This document shows, one piece after another, positions 1-14,500 of a DNA stretch of 64,000 nucleotides. The notes beneath the pieces were generated by a model, which was given only the letters and a program-made list of their open reading frames with translations, was not told where the DNA came from and searched no databases. Position 1 is the stretch's first letter; every line of letters begins with the position of its first letter. The DNA comes from Tubulanus polymorphus (lineage: Eukaryota; Animalia; Nemertea): positions 10,540,001 through 10,604,000 of the forward strand of contig NC_134028.1 in NCBI RefSeq assembly GCF_964204645.1. Direction: 5' to 3'. The translations under genes and the position numbers were made by a program.

Positions 1-1556
1 GCGTTTTTTCATTCAAAACGTTTATGTTTTTAGAAAGTCTGGAAATCAAATAGTTGGCCAGTAAGTAGTAGCTAAATGACTGCTATTTTGGCACCAAAAT
101 ACCCACAAGATTAAGAAGGCTACTAAAAATACTAAAATTAAATGATTGTTACCAGTACTGCTCTGTCCTGTTCAGTTACTCGAGATTCGTGTTTCTTTGA
201 CTTTCCGAATAAAGCACCCATTTCATCCAAGTTATAACAGTAAGGCCTATTTAATTCTTGCTTTCAGGGTAAATTGAATTGATCGATTGAGGGTGAAACG
301 GTCAATATAAATTTATTTTCATTTATTTCCGGGTTGGACTAAGGGAGCATCTAAAAATTTTGTTTTTGTTTTTGTTAATCGGTTTTTTAAGCCAAAGTTG
401 GAACCATTGATTTTCTAATGAGAGACTATAGACAAAGATAAGACACCTCACGAGTGTGTATTTCGATCACAACTTTTCATTGAAAAATGAAATATCAAAA
501 TTACAAGTGGAAAACCTATTAAAATTAAACAAAATCAATCTAAAATACCAACGGCATCTAAAAGAAAGACAGTTAATACTAATGCTTGTAATACATTTGA
601 AACTGCAATTCAATTCAATGTTCTTGCACCACAATAAGTCGATAGTTCGGCAGTCTTGAATCAGGCCGCGGGATGCCTTTACCCCCCTTCCGCGAGTTCA
701 TCTTCACCCGTCAAGGGATTCGAACCCACTACGCTAAAGCTGTTCCCCGAACCCCTTGACCTCACGAGTCGTTGGAGTCGTTACTACTAGCCGAACAGAA
801 TCCGGTCGTACCAATCACAGCGCTTGTAACAAACCGACAGTAGACTTCTGTTGGTTTTCCCGTTAAATGGACCAATCAGCGAAGGTTTTACCGAATATAA
901 TAATAATGAAATCGCGCTTCGTGAGGCCAGGGGGCTGGTGGAAGCGAGTCCGGGAGTAATACTGGACCCCTGGCAAGCGAGGATGCCGCGAGTTATATTC
1001 AATTCAATTCAATTTCAATTCAATTCAATATATCTTTATTGTCCTTTGAGTAATATAAAATACAAGTCAGGTTTTTTTTTTACAATAAAGATGAGAAAAG
1101 GGTAAAATACAAAATTTATAGGAAATCGTACTAAAAACGCAGTTGAAAAATATGAATAAACATTTTTTTTTTAAATAACAATAACAGTGATCGATTATTT
1201 ACATACGTTATATGATATGCTCCCTAACGGACCAGACTAGACTGGTTGCCGGTCTCATACTCCATTTTACATTTTCGCCGCATGTCAAACATGTCACGCA
1301 GGCTTAACATGATATTGTAGGCCTACTAGTAGAAACGTAAACATCTACGTATCGTGTAGTCTGAATACCAGTCGTTGTTACGGTTCCCTACTACAAAGTT
1401 GTTTGAGGAACAACGGCTACTACTAGTAGCCCTAGTAGTAGTAGGTATAGTATAGTGTACCGGTACCCTTTTTTTATTCTCGAATGTTGCTTAAAAAAGA
1501 TAATCTTTCAACTGCCCACATTTAATTTTACTATTCTTACGATACGCTTCATTTTT

Positions 1557-3015
1557 CAGTCAGGAACACTTTCCAAAAACGGCTTATTCTGCCAATTTCG
1601 GCGTTTTCCGCCAATTACGGCAGAATCAGCCGTTTATGGATCACTCAGTTTTGAAACTTTCACAGTCGTTTATGGCTTAATCAGCCAGTTTCAGCTCACT
1701 AATTTTCGAGTTTTGCTTTAAAGTTTTTTGCGCACTTCCGGTTCAATTAGCGCATGTTGCCGATGACGTCATAATCGCGAGCAGACGAGTACGATAAGCT
1801 TTCATATGACGCTAGGATGGAAATTTTTGAGCTAGGTAAAGTGGTCAAATTTACGTTTTTCTAAATGATTACGTCATATGAAGCCCAAAAACTCCGGGAA
1901 AACTCTCAAAACTACTACAGCATGAAACAAGTTTATTAATCATCTAGTTCTAAAAACTATTATAAAGTTTTCAAGTAAACGTTGCCATGGGTACACATAA
2001 AAACATTCGCCATTTCTGGCGTATTCCGCCGTTTTTGGCGTAGTTAGTTTTATAATCATAAACTATTAAGCCATTATTGGCAGTCCACTTGTTATATAAA
2101 AGGATTCCCCCACCCACTTAGACGTTTCCCCTAGTGTCTACACGGTACTTTTTTCGGAATAAAATAATTAATTTGCTGAGGTGAACGGATGTGTAAATAT
2201 GATATGTTAAAAATAAAAATAAAATTATTATTATAATTATCATTCTCATAAGACAAATCAATCATGGATGTATAAACTAGTGTATCAAAAATCTAGTTTT
2301 AAGTTTTGCCCATGGTCTTATCTTGCCTAATAAAGCATAGAATGGTTGAGGGATATATTGGACTGCATATGATGTTGGTTAATTGAAGGTAATTAACATC
2401 TTCGATGCCTCCAAGCTAATTGATGGATTCTTGTGATGGATAGTGATTGAATGAATTGGTGGCCGATGACGTTACAACTCAAAATCGATACAGCTGTATC
2501 TAGACTCATTTCAAAATACAACAAACATTTTCGAAACAATTTGGGATACATGTATGTATATATTTATTTCATAGAATACAGGTATACAGAAAGAACAGAA
2601 TTCAAATACATTTGCCATCGGAAACCCATACATTTATATTTAATTCTTTCTTGAAGCCTGGAACGGATCAATAAGATTAATTTTTCGGCGAAAATATACA
2701 AATGTATGCCAGCAGAAAAGCGATGATGTCATAATAGGGACTCCCATCGAACTAAGCATTATAAATAGCACCTGTAAAACTATCTAAGCTAAAAACGCCG
2801 TTTCTGGCGATGTAGTTTTAAAAACTGTAACAGCTGAAAAGGGCAGAAATGGCGTTTTTTAAGAACAAGCCAAAAATGGCAGAAAACGCTGATTTCGGCT
2901 AAATTGGCAGAAGCAGTTTAAAACTGAGTAATCCATAAATGACTGATTCTGCCGTTATTGGCGGAAAACGCCGAAATTGGCAGAATAAGCCGTTTCTGGA
3001 AAGTGTTCCTGACTG
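1557..3015. mobile_element. Non-autonomous TIR DNA transposon (MITE-like) with ~100 bp TIRs
   Basis: CAGTCAGGAACACTTTCC...CTCAGTTTTGAAACT at 1557-1658 is the near-perfect reverse complement of ~2914-3015; TTTTT on both flanks (possible 5 bp TSD); no coding capacity. Confidence 0.85.
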
Positions 3016-5401
3016 TTTTTGCAGCTGCCATTTCATTATCTCATAATAGGCTAAGTCTTAATTAATTTTTTAAAAAGTTGTACCTACCGATTTCTATCGC
3101 GTGCGTGGTAAATCGATTGCCCTACTCTCTAGAACAGGAACATGAACTTTCTGCGGTTGAAAAGGCCGCCATTTTGTTTTTTCAGTGTTGTTGCAAACGA
3201 ATCAAAAGGCATTAGGGCCAACACAAGTACCAAATGTAGCTTACTCAAACGTACAGGCGAGTAGGTTCGCATTTCAAGATGGTGCCTAGTGCATATGTTG
3301 ATAAATCAAAACACAAAATGGCTGTTGTTACAATCGCAGAAAGTATAGGTTGCGGTTCAGTCACTTATTGAAGGCGATTCAATTTGTACCACGTGCTCAT
3401 ACGTGGCTGTCGAATTCGAATTAACCTAGTTGCTTAAACAAAAATGCCTAAAACGTCTCGAGGAAGCGATTTGGTTAAATAAATGTGTTGCTTAAATGGA
3501 CGATTCGATCTGTGTGGATATGAGTTGCTTAAATAAGAAGGCCTTTAATGTTCCACTGAGGATCAATAAAGCTTTAATTGAATTGTCTCTGAGTCGTTAT
3601 GAAATTGAGAATTGAGAAAAAAATACAAAATTCAAATTGGTGCCTTATCTAAATGCAAGTTTTTAATAAATACTTAGCCTAAATTTTCATGACTTTAAGG
3701 TGTAAGCATTTCACTTCCAGGTGCGGATTCAGACAGTAGCATTTAAAGGCACGTGCTATAGTCATGAAAGTTTCATGCCCTTGGCATTCCTTGGATATTG
3801 CACACACTCAGCAATTTTTTAGATTTCTTTGGGGCTGTTATGGATTATGCCATTAGTTTGAAGTTCTGTACAGTTGATCCTGGAACCGCCCCTGACTTCG
3901 CTAGTGGACATGGTGTCCCAGGACCCCTAGTATACTGTATTGAAGGATTGCTCATAGGCCTAAAGGTGTGCAATGGCACCCCTTAACCCATTAGACGCGG
4001 CGACTTCATATAGGCCTATATGTGTCTAATGTGTCGAATAACAAATCCTGAAAACTACTGATAATGATGCTTTACTACAACCATTAGTTAGTTTGAAGAT
4101 AATTATACAGGCTTTCTATTGCTGTATAGATTTTGTCAATAATTGGTCAAAAGTTTGGCCTATGACCCCCCTCAAACTATAAGTGGTGCTATAGTACAGC
4201 GTACATTGGCGATCGTTCTGCGGAGATACAAGTCGAGCGTTGATGGACGTTCTGCGGTTTACTGGGTTAAAGAAAACCTGGTGGAGGGTCATCATCAGTC
4301 TTTAAATCTAAACATCAATCGTTTTCAGATTTGACATAGGGCCTAATTCAGCAGTGAAGCTGTGCGAATCGAGTGATGACAATGCAATACAAAAGGATAA
4401 ATTAGTTTAAACTTTATTTGCCACACAGTTGAAACTCTTACATGATTCTGTTTCATATGGAACCTGTCAGCCGCGAATCCAGAGGGGGGGCAACCAAAAA
4501 TAATTTTCAATCGTTTTCTTGATGGAATGTAGGCCTACTCGAGGCAAAGCGGGCGGACAGTACCACATCGGCCTAATCGATACCATATCATATGTTTGGC
4601 CAAACAATATGCCGTATATGCCCTCTTATTGTCATGGCGGATATGACATGCACTTGGTGCCTGTCATGTTTATGAAAATGTATTAGGCTACAATTCACGC
4701 ATTTCTTCTCGCAGTTGACAGATGCACCTCAAGAATCCCCCCAGAATGAACCTCACAGACGTGTATTTTCAAAATTGTTTGTCCCTCACCCCCTGTGCTT
4801 AACTTCATGTTAGTTACGCGCTCCAAACATTTTTCGTGAACCCCCTCCTGGAAAAAATCCTGGATCCGTGCCTGCCTGTTGATTATTGATTTCCAACATG
4901 TCCCAGCTAAGTTATTCATATGAATCAAGATTTCGATAGGCCTAATACGAAACCTGCTTGATACAACAATTTTACTTTTTCCAATAAGATTTGTATTAAG
5001 GAAACGAAATTGATACCTTGTTTCTCCGCAGCGGCCGGGTCATTTTTGTAAAATACAATGAAATTTGTAATCAGTTCCTTTCTATAGCTGCCAGATTTGT
5101 TCTCGTTGAATTGATCACGACTTAAAAAAAAGTTATGTACTGGGTACATAGGCGGCCAGCCGTGTCAACTTTTAAGCTCAGCAGAGCAGAGAAACAAGGT
5201 ATCATTTTTTTGTGTAACGAGGTTCCACTATACACTTGAACATTAAGACAAGATAGACGTTTTGTTTTAAAAAAAACATCTGGTAGCCTGTTTTGACTGT
5301 AGTTCCCAACATGTGTATTCCTTTCTAAGATTAATTTCTATTTTATAGATGAGATGGTGATAGTTTGAATTAGGCCTACCAAATATCGATACTAGACTAA
5401 G

Positions 5402-5550
5402 ATGGTTAGGATAAGAATTATCAGTGCATGGACACTGCAAAGGTCGTTTGCTTCATTGTTTCTAATATTAGAGCTTATTATAGAGGTATTTGCAACTCAT
5501 GAAAATAAGCCAACCATGTTCAGATCAATTGAGGAGTATGGTTTTCATAG
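5402..5550 (+). CDS. PIGX: PIG-X coding exon 1
   Basis: ATG 5402, MVRIRIISAW...EEYGFH(R), donor AG|GTAAGT. Confidence 0.8.
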
Positions 5551-8500
5551 GTAAGTTTGTAGAGATGGCCTGAAGTACTGGGCCTAATTGGCCTACTGTT
5601 TCTTCCAATTTGCATGGAAAAGCTTTCTAGGTCACTTTCCATTTTCCAGGAATCTTGTGACTGAGATAAAACTACCAATAAAGAAAAAATTGAGTTCTGC
5701 AGGTGACAGGTGTCATGTTGCGCTACACGAAGTTATTCCCAATAGTGTGTATATCGACGTGTATCAGATACAACAATTGGAAGAGTTTAGCGGACCACAG
5801 GTATGGGAACTTGAACATTTTGACCTGTCAGGATAAGTTTACCAAACTGATTGCATTTGTAAACTAACAGTACAAAGAACCTCAGGTATATGATAACAGT
5901 GAACCTCGCCTGACTCAGACATGGCCAACTTGGACTTTTAACTAAAACCAAATCAAACTAATTACTGACTTACTCATACCATATTTTAAATTTTAAGGGT
6001 TTATTGACGGTCATGTAATTGTTTTCACCAAAGAAATAGACGTTGTGCCAGCTCGTGCATATAGCTATAAAGATACATAGGCCCTACAGCAACCACTGAG
6101 TTAGATCGTGTTGTTACCACTATAATGAAAATAGACTGATGGAATCTTTAGCCTTTTGTTACGATGGGAGTGTACAGGCTGATTTTACTGGCCCAATTTT
6201 AGAACAACTGCTTCACAACAATCGGCAATCGGTTTAAAGTCATTCAGATACATCTACGGAAGGTTCCGTCATGGAACAACTTCCATGAACAATCTTGATA
6301 AATTTGAATTGAGCTGCAACAAACTGAACATTTTTGTGTCAAAATTGCAGCTCCCTGAGTGAGTAGAAATTGGCCTTATTTTTAGCACGCTTGACACTTT
6401 GGTCTCAGTGGGCTATTGCATTCACTTTTTGTCTGTCTCTCCGTCCGTCCATAGACTGAATCCAGTTATTGTTGGAAGTTAAGAAGTTGGAAGTTCAATC
6501 AATTGTCCTTTTGATATTTGCGTGATTATTATTAGGGTTTTCTGTTTCTTCACAGAAAACCCTTATATTCCCGTGATTATTACTTTTATTCCACATTTTT
6601 TGTTAAAAACGTGAATAGGCTTTTTAGCCCACTTAGGACTTTAGCAGTTTATACATGTATCTACCCTAGACACATCTTCAGCCTAAAAACTTGCCCTGTC
6701 AGATTCAAGATGGCCGACTGGCAGCCATTGTTGTTCGCCAAAATCAGCACTTTTTACACATTTTCAAAGTTTTCGAGGGAATTTTGAGGACACTTTCATC
6801 AATTACCTTGATCATTTGTATATATTTGTATCCCCCAAGGGCCCATCAGCATGAGAAAAAGTGGGTCGACCAGACTCAAGATGGCTGTCCTGTGACCTTT
6901 TTAGTGCCCAAAAATGTCAATTTTGGCCAGAATTCTGAGTCCTGTATCTTCCTAATGGTTTGCAATTTTTTATGGCAATTTGTGATGAGTATTCTTTGGA
7001 AAGGGATCTCTCATACCCGAGACAGGTATATTTGATCAGGCAATTTTGACGCAATAGGCGGCCATCTTGGTGTCATCAGTACTCATTCGTAGGTGGAAAG
7101 AAGTTTTTCCACATTAAATTGATACTTAAGCATATTTTTTTACCACAATCAATTGGAAAGTTGTAGCTTATGACATGGTCTATGGTCGTGGTGAGTTTCA
7201 AGGTCATTGGTTTTTTCTTATGGCCACCAGGGGGCGTTGAGCAATGCAATAACTTAGTATTTCTATAATATATTCGTACCTATGCATATTTTGTTACCAC
7301 AATCAATTGGAAAGTTGTTGCTCATGACATGGTCTATGATTGTGGTGAATTTCAAGGCCATTAGTTATTCTATATGGTCGCAGTAGCTATATGTTGAATA
7401 GTAGCACTTAGTATTTCCTTATTACATTGGTACCTCGGCATATTTTGTTACCATGATCAATTGCTAAGTTGTAGCTCATGACATATTCTATAATTATGGT
7501 GAGTTTCAAATTCATTGGGCTTTGCATATGGTCACCAGGGGGCATTGAATAGTAGAATAACTTAGTATTTCCGTATCATATTGGTAACTAGGCATATTTT
7601 GTTACCACAATCAATTACAAAATTGTAACTTCTGACATGTTCTATGATTGTGGTGAGTTTCGAGGTCATTGAATTTTTTAAGGTTTATGGATGGGACGTT
7701 GAATATTGAAATTGTTACATTGTTGAGCATCTGAAACGACTTCCCAAGTTGGCATGCTGTCCCTGAACCCCTAGTTTTCGTTTGAAAATTTTTTTTTGTC
7801 AGAACGAAAAGATTTTCGTTCGAACCAAAAATATTTTGTTCCATTGAACAAAATCGATTTCATTGGAACAAAACTTATTTGGAAAAATTTGTTCGAACAA
7901 AATTGTTGTCGCTCAACAAATCGTTTTTGTTGGAACAAAAAGTTTTTCATTTGAACAATAACATAGCTTTTTATTCGAACAAATTGTTTTGTCAGGATGA
8001 AAATTTTTTCGTTCGAACAAAAAGTTATATTGTTCAAGCGTTTTTCATTCCAAGGAAAAAAAACGTTCGTGGAACTAAATAGTCTTTTCGTTATAATGAG
8101 TAATCTTCATTCGAACACAATAATCTTCTCACTTGAACAGAAAAGTATAATATGACCCTGGGTTTTCTTTGTATCCATATTATGCCTTTTTCAGGTTGAA
8201 GCTCATCTTCCATGTTTCTGACCATGTTCGGAACACAGCTTGTTTAGGTCGTTTTGGAAATTAACTCGGTCCTGTAAATTTTGGATTACTCTGTATATCA
8301 TTTACCAGGACAGTGAAGAGAAGACGACTTAGGATACTACCTTGCGTGACGTTAGAAGTGCTTATTTCCAAGATGAGACAGTTCCGCCGATTTGGGCCAC
8401 CTATTTTCATTCGGAGAAAACTGCTGAGCCATTTACCGTAAAAACCGGCGTATAAGTCTACGCGGCGTATAAGTCGAGGTCGATTTTAAGACCTACATTT

Positions 8501-11500
8501 CATGATTTTAACATATATCCGGCTTATAAGTCGAGTCCCTTCTCTTAGAAGAATAATTACTAGTATCATTGTATTGAATAGTTTGTTTTGATAAGGATGT
8601 GTGCCTTCACGCACGCCGCCACACGTCAGCCTGATTGCTGCTGTGTGTTAATCAATAGACTGTTACACACACTCAGGTATAATACACTACCATACAGTGA
8701 TACAGTAGTGTGAGTCACACGCTATATATAGCCTAATGTATTAAGCGCTGCTATGAGCGCGCATATATGAATACATGGTTTTAAATGAAGCTGTGTCAAA
8801 ATGAAAGAAGTTTTTTTCATTAAATAACTTTATTTATCATGAATAATTATTCAAACTGTTATAGCAGTAAGAAGATGAACACTGTCTTTTTTGTCTGGTA
8901 GAATCAATATTTCTTGTGACCTGAAAATACTTTGTAGAAGACTGTACTCGGCGTATAAGTCGAGGTCAATAATTTAGTGGTAAAATCAGGGGTTAAAAAC
9001 TCGACTTATACGCCGGTTTTTACGGTAAGCGACCCATCACAATACCGTTTCCTAATAGCTTGTTAATTGCTGATGTAGTATCCATGAAGACTAATTAACG
9101 CATTACAGTCGATTTTCCGGAGTCAAATAACCATCTGGTCAAGTCATCCATGGTTTCAAATACGTAGGCCTAATAGACTGTTTGTAGACCTTCTTTTTAT
9201 AAAACGGTGTTGACCGATGACCGATGATGATGGGGCTGTGTCAGTATCCAGACAAGATCAAGAATATAACAAGGCTGTGCAGAAAACCCATTTTGCTGCT
9301 TTCTAGATTGATTTTCATGAAGTTTAATGGATGGGTTTGGCCAGTGAGATGTGCGACCCTACTAATGGAGGTCATCAAATATGGCCGCCAGGGCAGCCAT
9401 CTTGAATGATCTTGTTAATATGATATATCCTACAATTCTTGGATTTCCATGAAACTTAGTGTGAGGATCGGAACTGGTGAAATACCTACCCCTATTGATA
9501 GTGTCTTCTATGTGTCTCTGTGCACTGAGTATGTCTGAGAGATGCTAGACCCATACAATTTGCACTGATTGTCTATAAATTACCACGCAGCAATACACTT
9601 TAACTCAATACACTCATTCTATTCTTTCATTTTCATTGAGAAATATTGTAGTGCAGACAGGAGTGTCAAGCGCGACGGTTCATATTCAATGGCAGAAAAA
9701 TAATGTATCGGGTCTTGGAGTTTGTTCAGAATTTCTGAAGTATGCGATATTTCTGACATATTCTTTCAAAGATAGTTCTGAGGTGTGCGATTTTACCAAT
9801 GTCTAGAATTCTGAGCTACACCAAGACATTTATTTGTAAATGAATTATTGAGGAAAAGTTTTTACAACTTCTGTCCGGGCAATACAATATTTTTAGCTAT
9901 GCAGATCCGAGGTATGCGGAGTCTATTGTATCAGTACGTCACCACCTGTTGAGTTATTATCAAACATGTCTGCCACTGATAGTTATTAATTATCACAGTT
10001 TGTCATGCTCACGTATATAAACCATCATATTTTGTGAATAAAGGACACTTCCATTCATGTAGATAATTTGGAGATGGTTGTCATTGGCTTGTCTTCGAAC
10101 TCCGAGGTACCTGTTGGGTTCAGCTAGTTCCCCCTACAACTTACAGGTTACAAGTCCGTAGTGTACTACTTCGCAAATCATAAATGTATACATCATTGCC
10201 TTTACAGATATTGCCAGATATGGATATAGATATAGAGAAACCAGATTATAAATCACCACCACACAAAGTTTATGTATTCAGTAAATTGCAACTCAACAAT
10301 AGTGACTTCTGGTGGACAAGAATAGTACTACCAATACATTTACGGTACCATCAAGCAGGAAGCGGTCATTCAGCTACCATCGCGATTGATAAACCACATA
10401 TACTGGTCAGATGTAAAGGTAAAGTTCTTATGTCACGAGTAGATTGAGGTGGGTGTCCAACAGGGTATGGATACCCCCTTGAATTTTAGAAGGGCCCTTA
10501 AAATGTTGAAAATTCCCAATTACATTTATTAGCCCACGTCTTGGGACTTTGATGGCTATCGTCCCAGCAGGCTATTGCATTCACCTTTCGTCTCATCGAT
10601 TGGACATCCGTAGATGGAATTTGATTATTTTGGGAAGTTTTGAATACGCTTCACTGGATTGTCTTGAAGTTAGGTTTATACATGTATTTTCCCATCCTCC
10701 CCCGGCAGGGATTCGAACCTGATGGCATCGAGATTGCCACGGCACGAAACCCTGCCATAATCGACCGAGTGCGCAGATACATGCGCAGTTCAGATGATGT
10801 GATTTTTAGCCAATCAGAAATCCCGTTTTATTTTAGCCCGGGTTTTCCCATTTATAGTTCTTCCTTGAAATTTGCCTCAACGATTATACAACGAGCAATC
10901 TGATTGGTGCCGCCAGTTTTCGTTCGGATAGCTGCGCATGTACCTGCACACCCGGTCTACTGATGCAGGGGTTCGTGCCGTGGCTGAGTGTAGCCATGCC
11001 ATCAGGTTCGAGTCCCTGCAGAGGGAGGATGGTATTTTCCCTACTGTCGGTCACACCTGCTCTCTGTGCGACGTTTTGGTCCATACTTTTGTTAATAATC
11101 GGTTTATCTACCTTTTTTCAGCATCAATTTGTTCAGTGAGGAATTTGCATTCAGAAATAAACAACAATTTTTACTAAAAGTTGTTTTGTTTTCATTTATG
11201 AGCGATAGTTTCCTCAGCATACGCTCCTGCAATGCTGAAAAATCCGCTCCGCGGACGCTCGGAAACGTTACAGTGACGTCATCACCTGCTCATTAGCATA
11301 TCAAAATACAGTAGGTGGCGCCATGTGACGGGCCAAAAAAGCCATTTTTCAGCATTACGCGAGCGTATGCTAGGTAAACTATCGCTGATAGTTGTAAACA
11401 AAAACAAATCTATGCCAGTTCATGATTTATTTCTGAATGCAAATTCCTTACTGAACAAATTGATGCATAATATTTACAGATCAACCGATTAATAACGAAA

Positions 11501-14500
11501 TTACGGACCAAAACGTTGCACGGGGAGCAAGTGTGACGGACAGTAGATACATACTCTGCTCTAAAAACTGGCCGATCCAAATCAAGATGGCTGCCTGACC
11601 CTGAATTTCCAGACCAGTATCTTCCAAATAGTTTGCCATTCTTCATTGAAATTCGTGATGCGTATACTTTGAGCGAGGCCCTTAAACATGGCAGACAGAT
11701 TCTTTAATCAGTCATGTGTGACAGAATTGGCTGTCATCTTTGTGTCAATCAATTGCAAAGTTGAAGTATAAGACATGTTGTACATGATATGTATGATTGT
11801 GTTTGAGTTTCAAGGTCATTGGTTTTTGTATATGGTCAGCAGGGGCCGTTGAATATTTTATTGGTACCTATGCATATTTTTATTCCACAATCTATTGCAA
11901 AATTGTAGGTCATGACATGCTCTATAATTGTGAAGAGCTTCTCGGTCATCAGTTGTTGTATATGGTCTTCAGGGGGCGTTAAATAGCCTAGAAATTACTA
12001 TTTTCATATTGTATTGGTACCCAGGCATATTTTGTTACCATAATGAAGTGCAATTTTGTAGCTTGTGACATGTTCTATGATTTTCAAGGAGATTGGTTCT
12101 TGTATATGGTCACCAGGGGGCATTGAATAGCCGAATAACTGAGGAATAAAAGCTTTATACCGTATTTTCCGATGATTAAGCCGACTCGGCCAATAAGGCG
12201 AAGGAAGTTTTTTAGCCTAAAATAGGCCTACATGGATTTCTTTATGCTTCGCCCAATAAGCCGAGGCCCAGCATCTGGAGATTTTAATTCACTGAGTTGT
12301 CAATTATTTTGTCTTAATTGACGATGTATGAAGCTGATGATATGCGCCTGCTGATGCGTGATAGTGCTGTATATACTATCTTCGCCGAGTCACTGCTATA
12401 TATAGACTCGCTCAGGTGAAAAACTAACACACAGATCCATGTATTGTAACCTACTTTTGCAAACATGCGGCTGACTGCTGACGTGCGTATATACAAATGT
12501 ACTAGCGCTGCGGTATTAGATTGGTGCTGTGAGGTGATGAAAGAAACAAAGTAACAAAATAGATCTAAATAGATTATTGGTAGTAAATAATTACCTCAAA
12601 TAAATATGGAACATTCTTATTGATATTGATGATCTTTGGGAGCATTAGAGTGAAATAGTTCGGAAAGTAATTATTTAGGTCAGATCGTATCCATCCAATA
12701 AGCCATTCATGATATTTTTGGGGTAAAAATTTGAGGCTAGAAAATTGGCTCATTAGTCGGAAAATACAGTGTCCATGGACCCCTAGTATTTCCGTCGAGT
12801 ACTGTACCCTTTCCTATGATTTTTGCCAATATTTTCTAAATTTGGATTGATCGCCAATGGTTTTTCTATACGACCCGGCCCTGCGGTATTGCATTTAGCC
12901 ACCGGCGAAATCCGCCATCTTTTTTCTTGGCATTCTTGTACATGAACGCATTGGATTTTTTCGCCAAGAAAATTAAAGGAATTAGGAATTTAAGGGAGTT
13001 ATCACTCTCGTAACGGTGAGTCCGTTCGGTTTGGGGGCTATCCCTTGTTTCTATTTGACCGTAATAATTTACCAATATAATTTAATTGAATTGAATTTAT
13101 TATTTTGACCGAAATAATTATGCTGCCCCCTTCTAAGGGTCAACATCGTGGCGGTGAGGGCTGTGGGCATTTGTTCGGTGCCTGGGATGATCACGGTTTG
13201 TGTGCGTCGTACAGGCGTAAATCTGGACAAATCTGTGCAAGGAGTAATCCTTGCAAGATTCGCGAGGTTTGGTCCGAGGACCTTTGGATTCGGGCCGATA
13301 AGACTCGCAAGCTTAGAGATCGTCGTCGAGTTAATAGTAGGGATTCGTCGGTTTCGGCCGACGTGCCAACTGACGTCTCTAATTCTATTTCTAATCGTAT
13401 ACCGGAGCGGTCGCCAATCGTTCTGGCACGGTCGGCTTCACCGTTCACCGGCACCGGTCGCTGGTCGTTCATTGGTTCAGCCGGTTCAGACTATATGTTC
13501 TGAACCGAGCATGCCGCGGTAGTCGGGATCGACCGGCACCGGTTCGGTCGGTACCGGTCCGGTCCAGACGTCACCCGGTTCAAAACTTCCGGTTCTTACA
13601 TCGTCTGATTCTGATTGTCGCTTGGGGATAGAGCTCGCTCTCCCACTAGATCCAGACGCCGTGAGCTTAAACGCGCAAGGTCTCCTCGCAGATCAAGGTT
13701 TGATCGCGAGAGGGATTACGATCGTTATTGCAGGAAGTTTTGCCGTCGGTCTTCTCATTGTTCGTCGACGTCGTTTAGCGATGAAGGCGATTCTTCTAGT
13801 AGGTCTCGATCCCGTTCGAGGGACCGTCACCGAAGTTGGCATGATCGTCGGGATACTGGAAAATTCCTGACTCAGAAGGATTTCCATGTATTTGAAGAGA
13901 AAATTTTAAACTGGTTATCGTCGTCGCAGTGAGTCGCTACAACCTCTACAACAGGTAAGCCAATTCCTGATTGTCTGGTTAGAAGTTCGCCAGCCCACTC
14001 AGTTGTTCAGAATTCTGACACTGAATTCCTGGATGCTGGGGTAGGGTCTGATTTCAATGAGGATCCGGTCCCAGAAGCGGCAATTCCTTCTGGGGTCGTT
14101 CCTGTCGCAAGCAATTTTGGTTTGCCCCATACGATGGGGACTTCCCTGGCTCGCAATGTATCTCCGTCCCGTTCAGTTTTATCTGAACCAGTGGGGGACA
14201 TGCCATTTAGAGCAATGATTAGTGAGTTTTTTGTCAAACACGGGGCAACTTGCGCTAAGCCCACAGCAGGTGGGTGAGTCAATGGAAGCTTATCGCCCTC
14301 CGGACTCGGATGCCGGTTGGAGAACTAGCGCGCAACTTCAACAATCGCGTCAAGTTTCGTCCAGTCGTAACAGTTCCGGTTCGTATCGGGGCAAGGGGAA
14401 GGCTCCAAAAAGGGGCTCTTCCTTTCGGAAAAACTCGAAATGAATTCTCGGGACCAGTGGGAGGTTGTCTGCAGCAGGCAGCAACCCACTGGTCCGACCT

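Larger units (their letters stand above)
6378..9725 (+). mobile_element. Helentron/Helitron2-associated non-autonomous element (outer), carrying nested insertions
   Basis: 5' TTTTTAGCACGCTTGACACT followed by a (GTCY)n microsatellite; matching subterminal inverted copy AGTGTCAAGCGCG near 9662; ends in ...TTTGTT. Confidence 0.6.
10526..12790 (+). mobile_element. Helentron-associated element (same family as 6620-7776) with nested MITEs
   Basis: 5' TTATTAGCCCAC, 154 bp-unit remnants at ~11750-12140, 3' GTGTCCATGGACCCCTAGTA. Confidence 0.6.

Noticed and set aside
3085-3420. Bidirectional promoter with YY1-like CAAAATGGC motifs upstream of PIG-X
   Set aside because: The motifs are mirror arms of a degenerate inverted repeat, probably a MITE; no independent promoter evidence
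456-5149. Short ORFs of 60-90 aa in the first 5 kb
   Set aside because: They lie in repeats or AT-rich intergenic DNA, with no domain motifs
10995-11030. tRNA gene suggested by GGTTCGAGTCC (B-box/T-loop), also GGATTCGAACC at ~716, 10709 and 53516
   Set aside because: No cloverleaf; the motif lies in the arms of palindromic repeats
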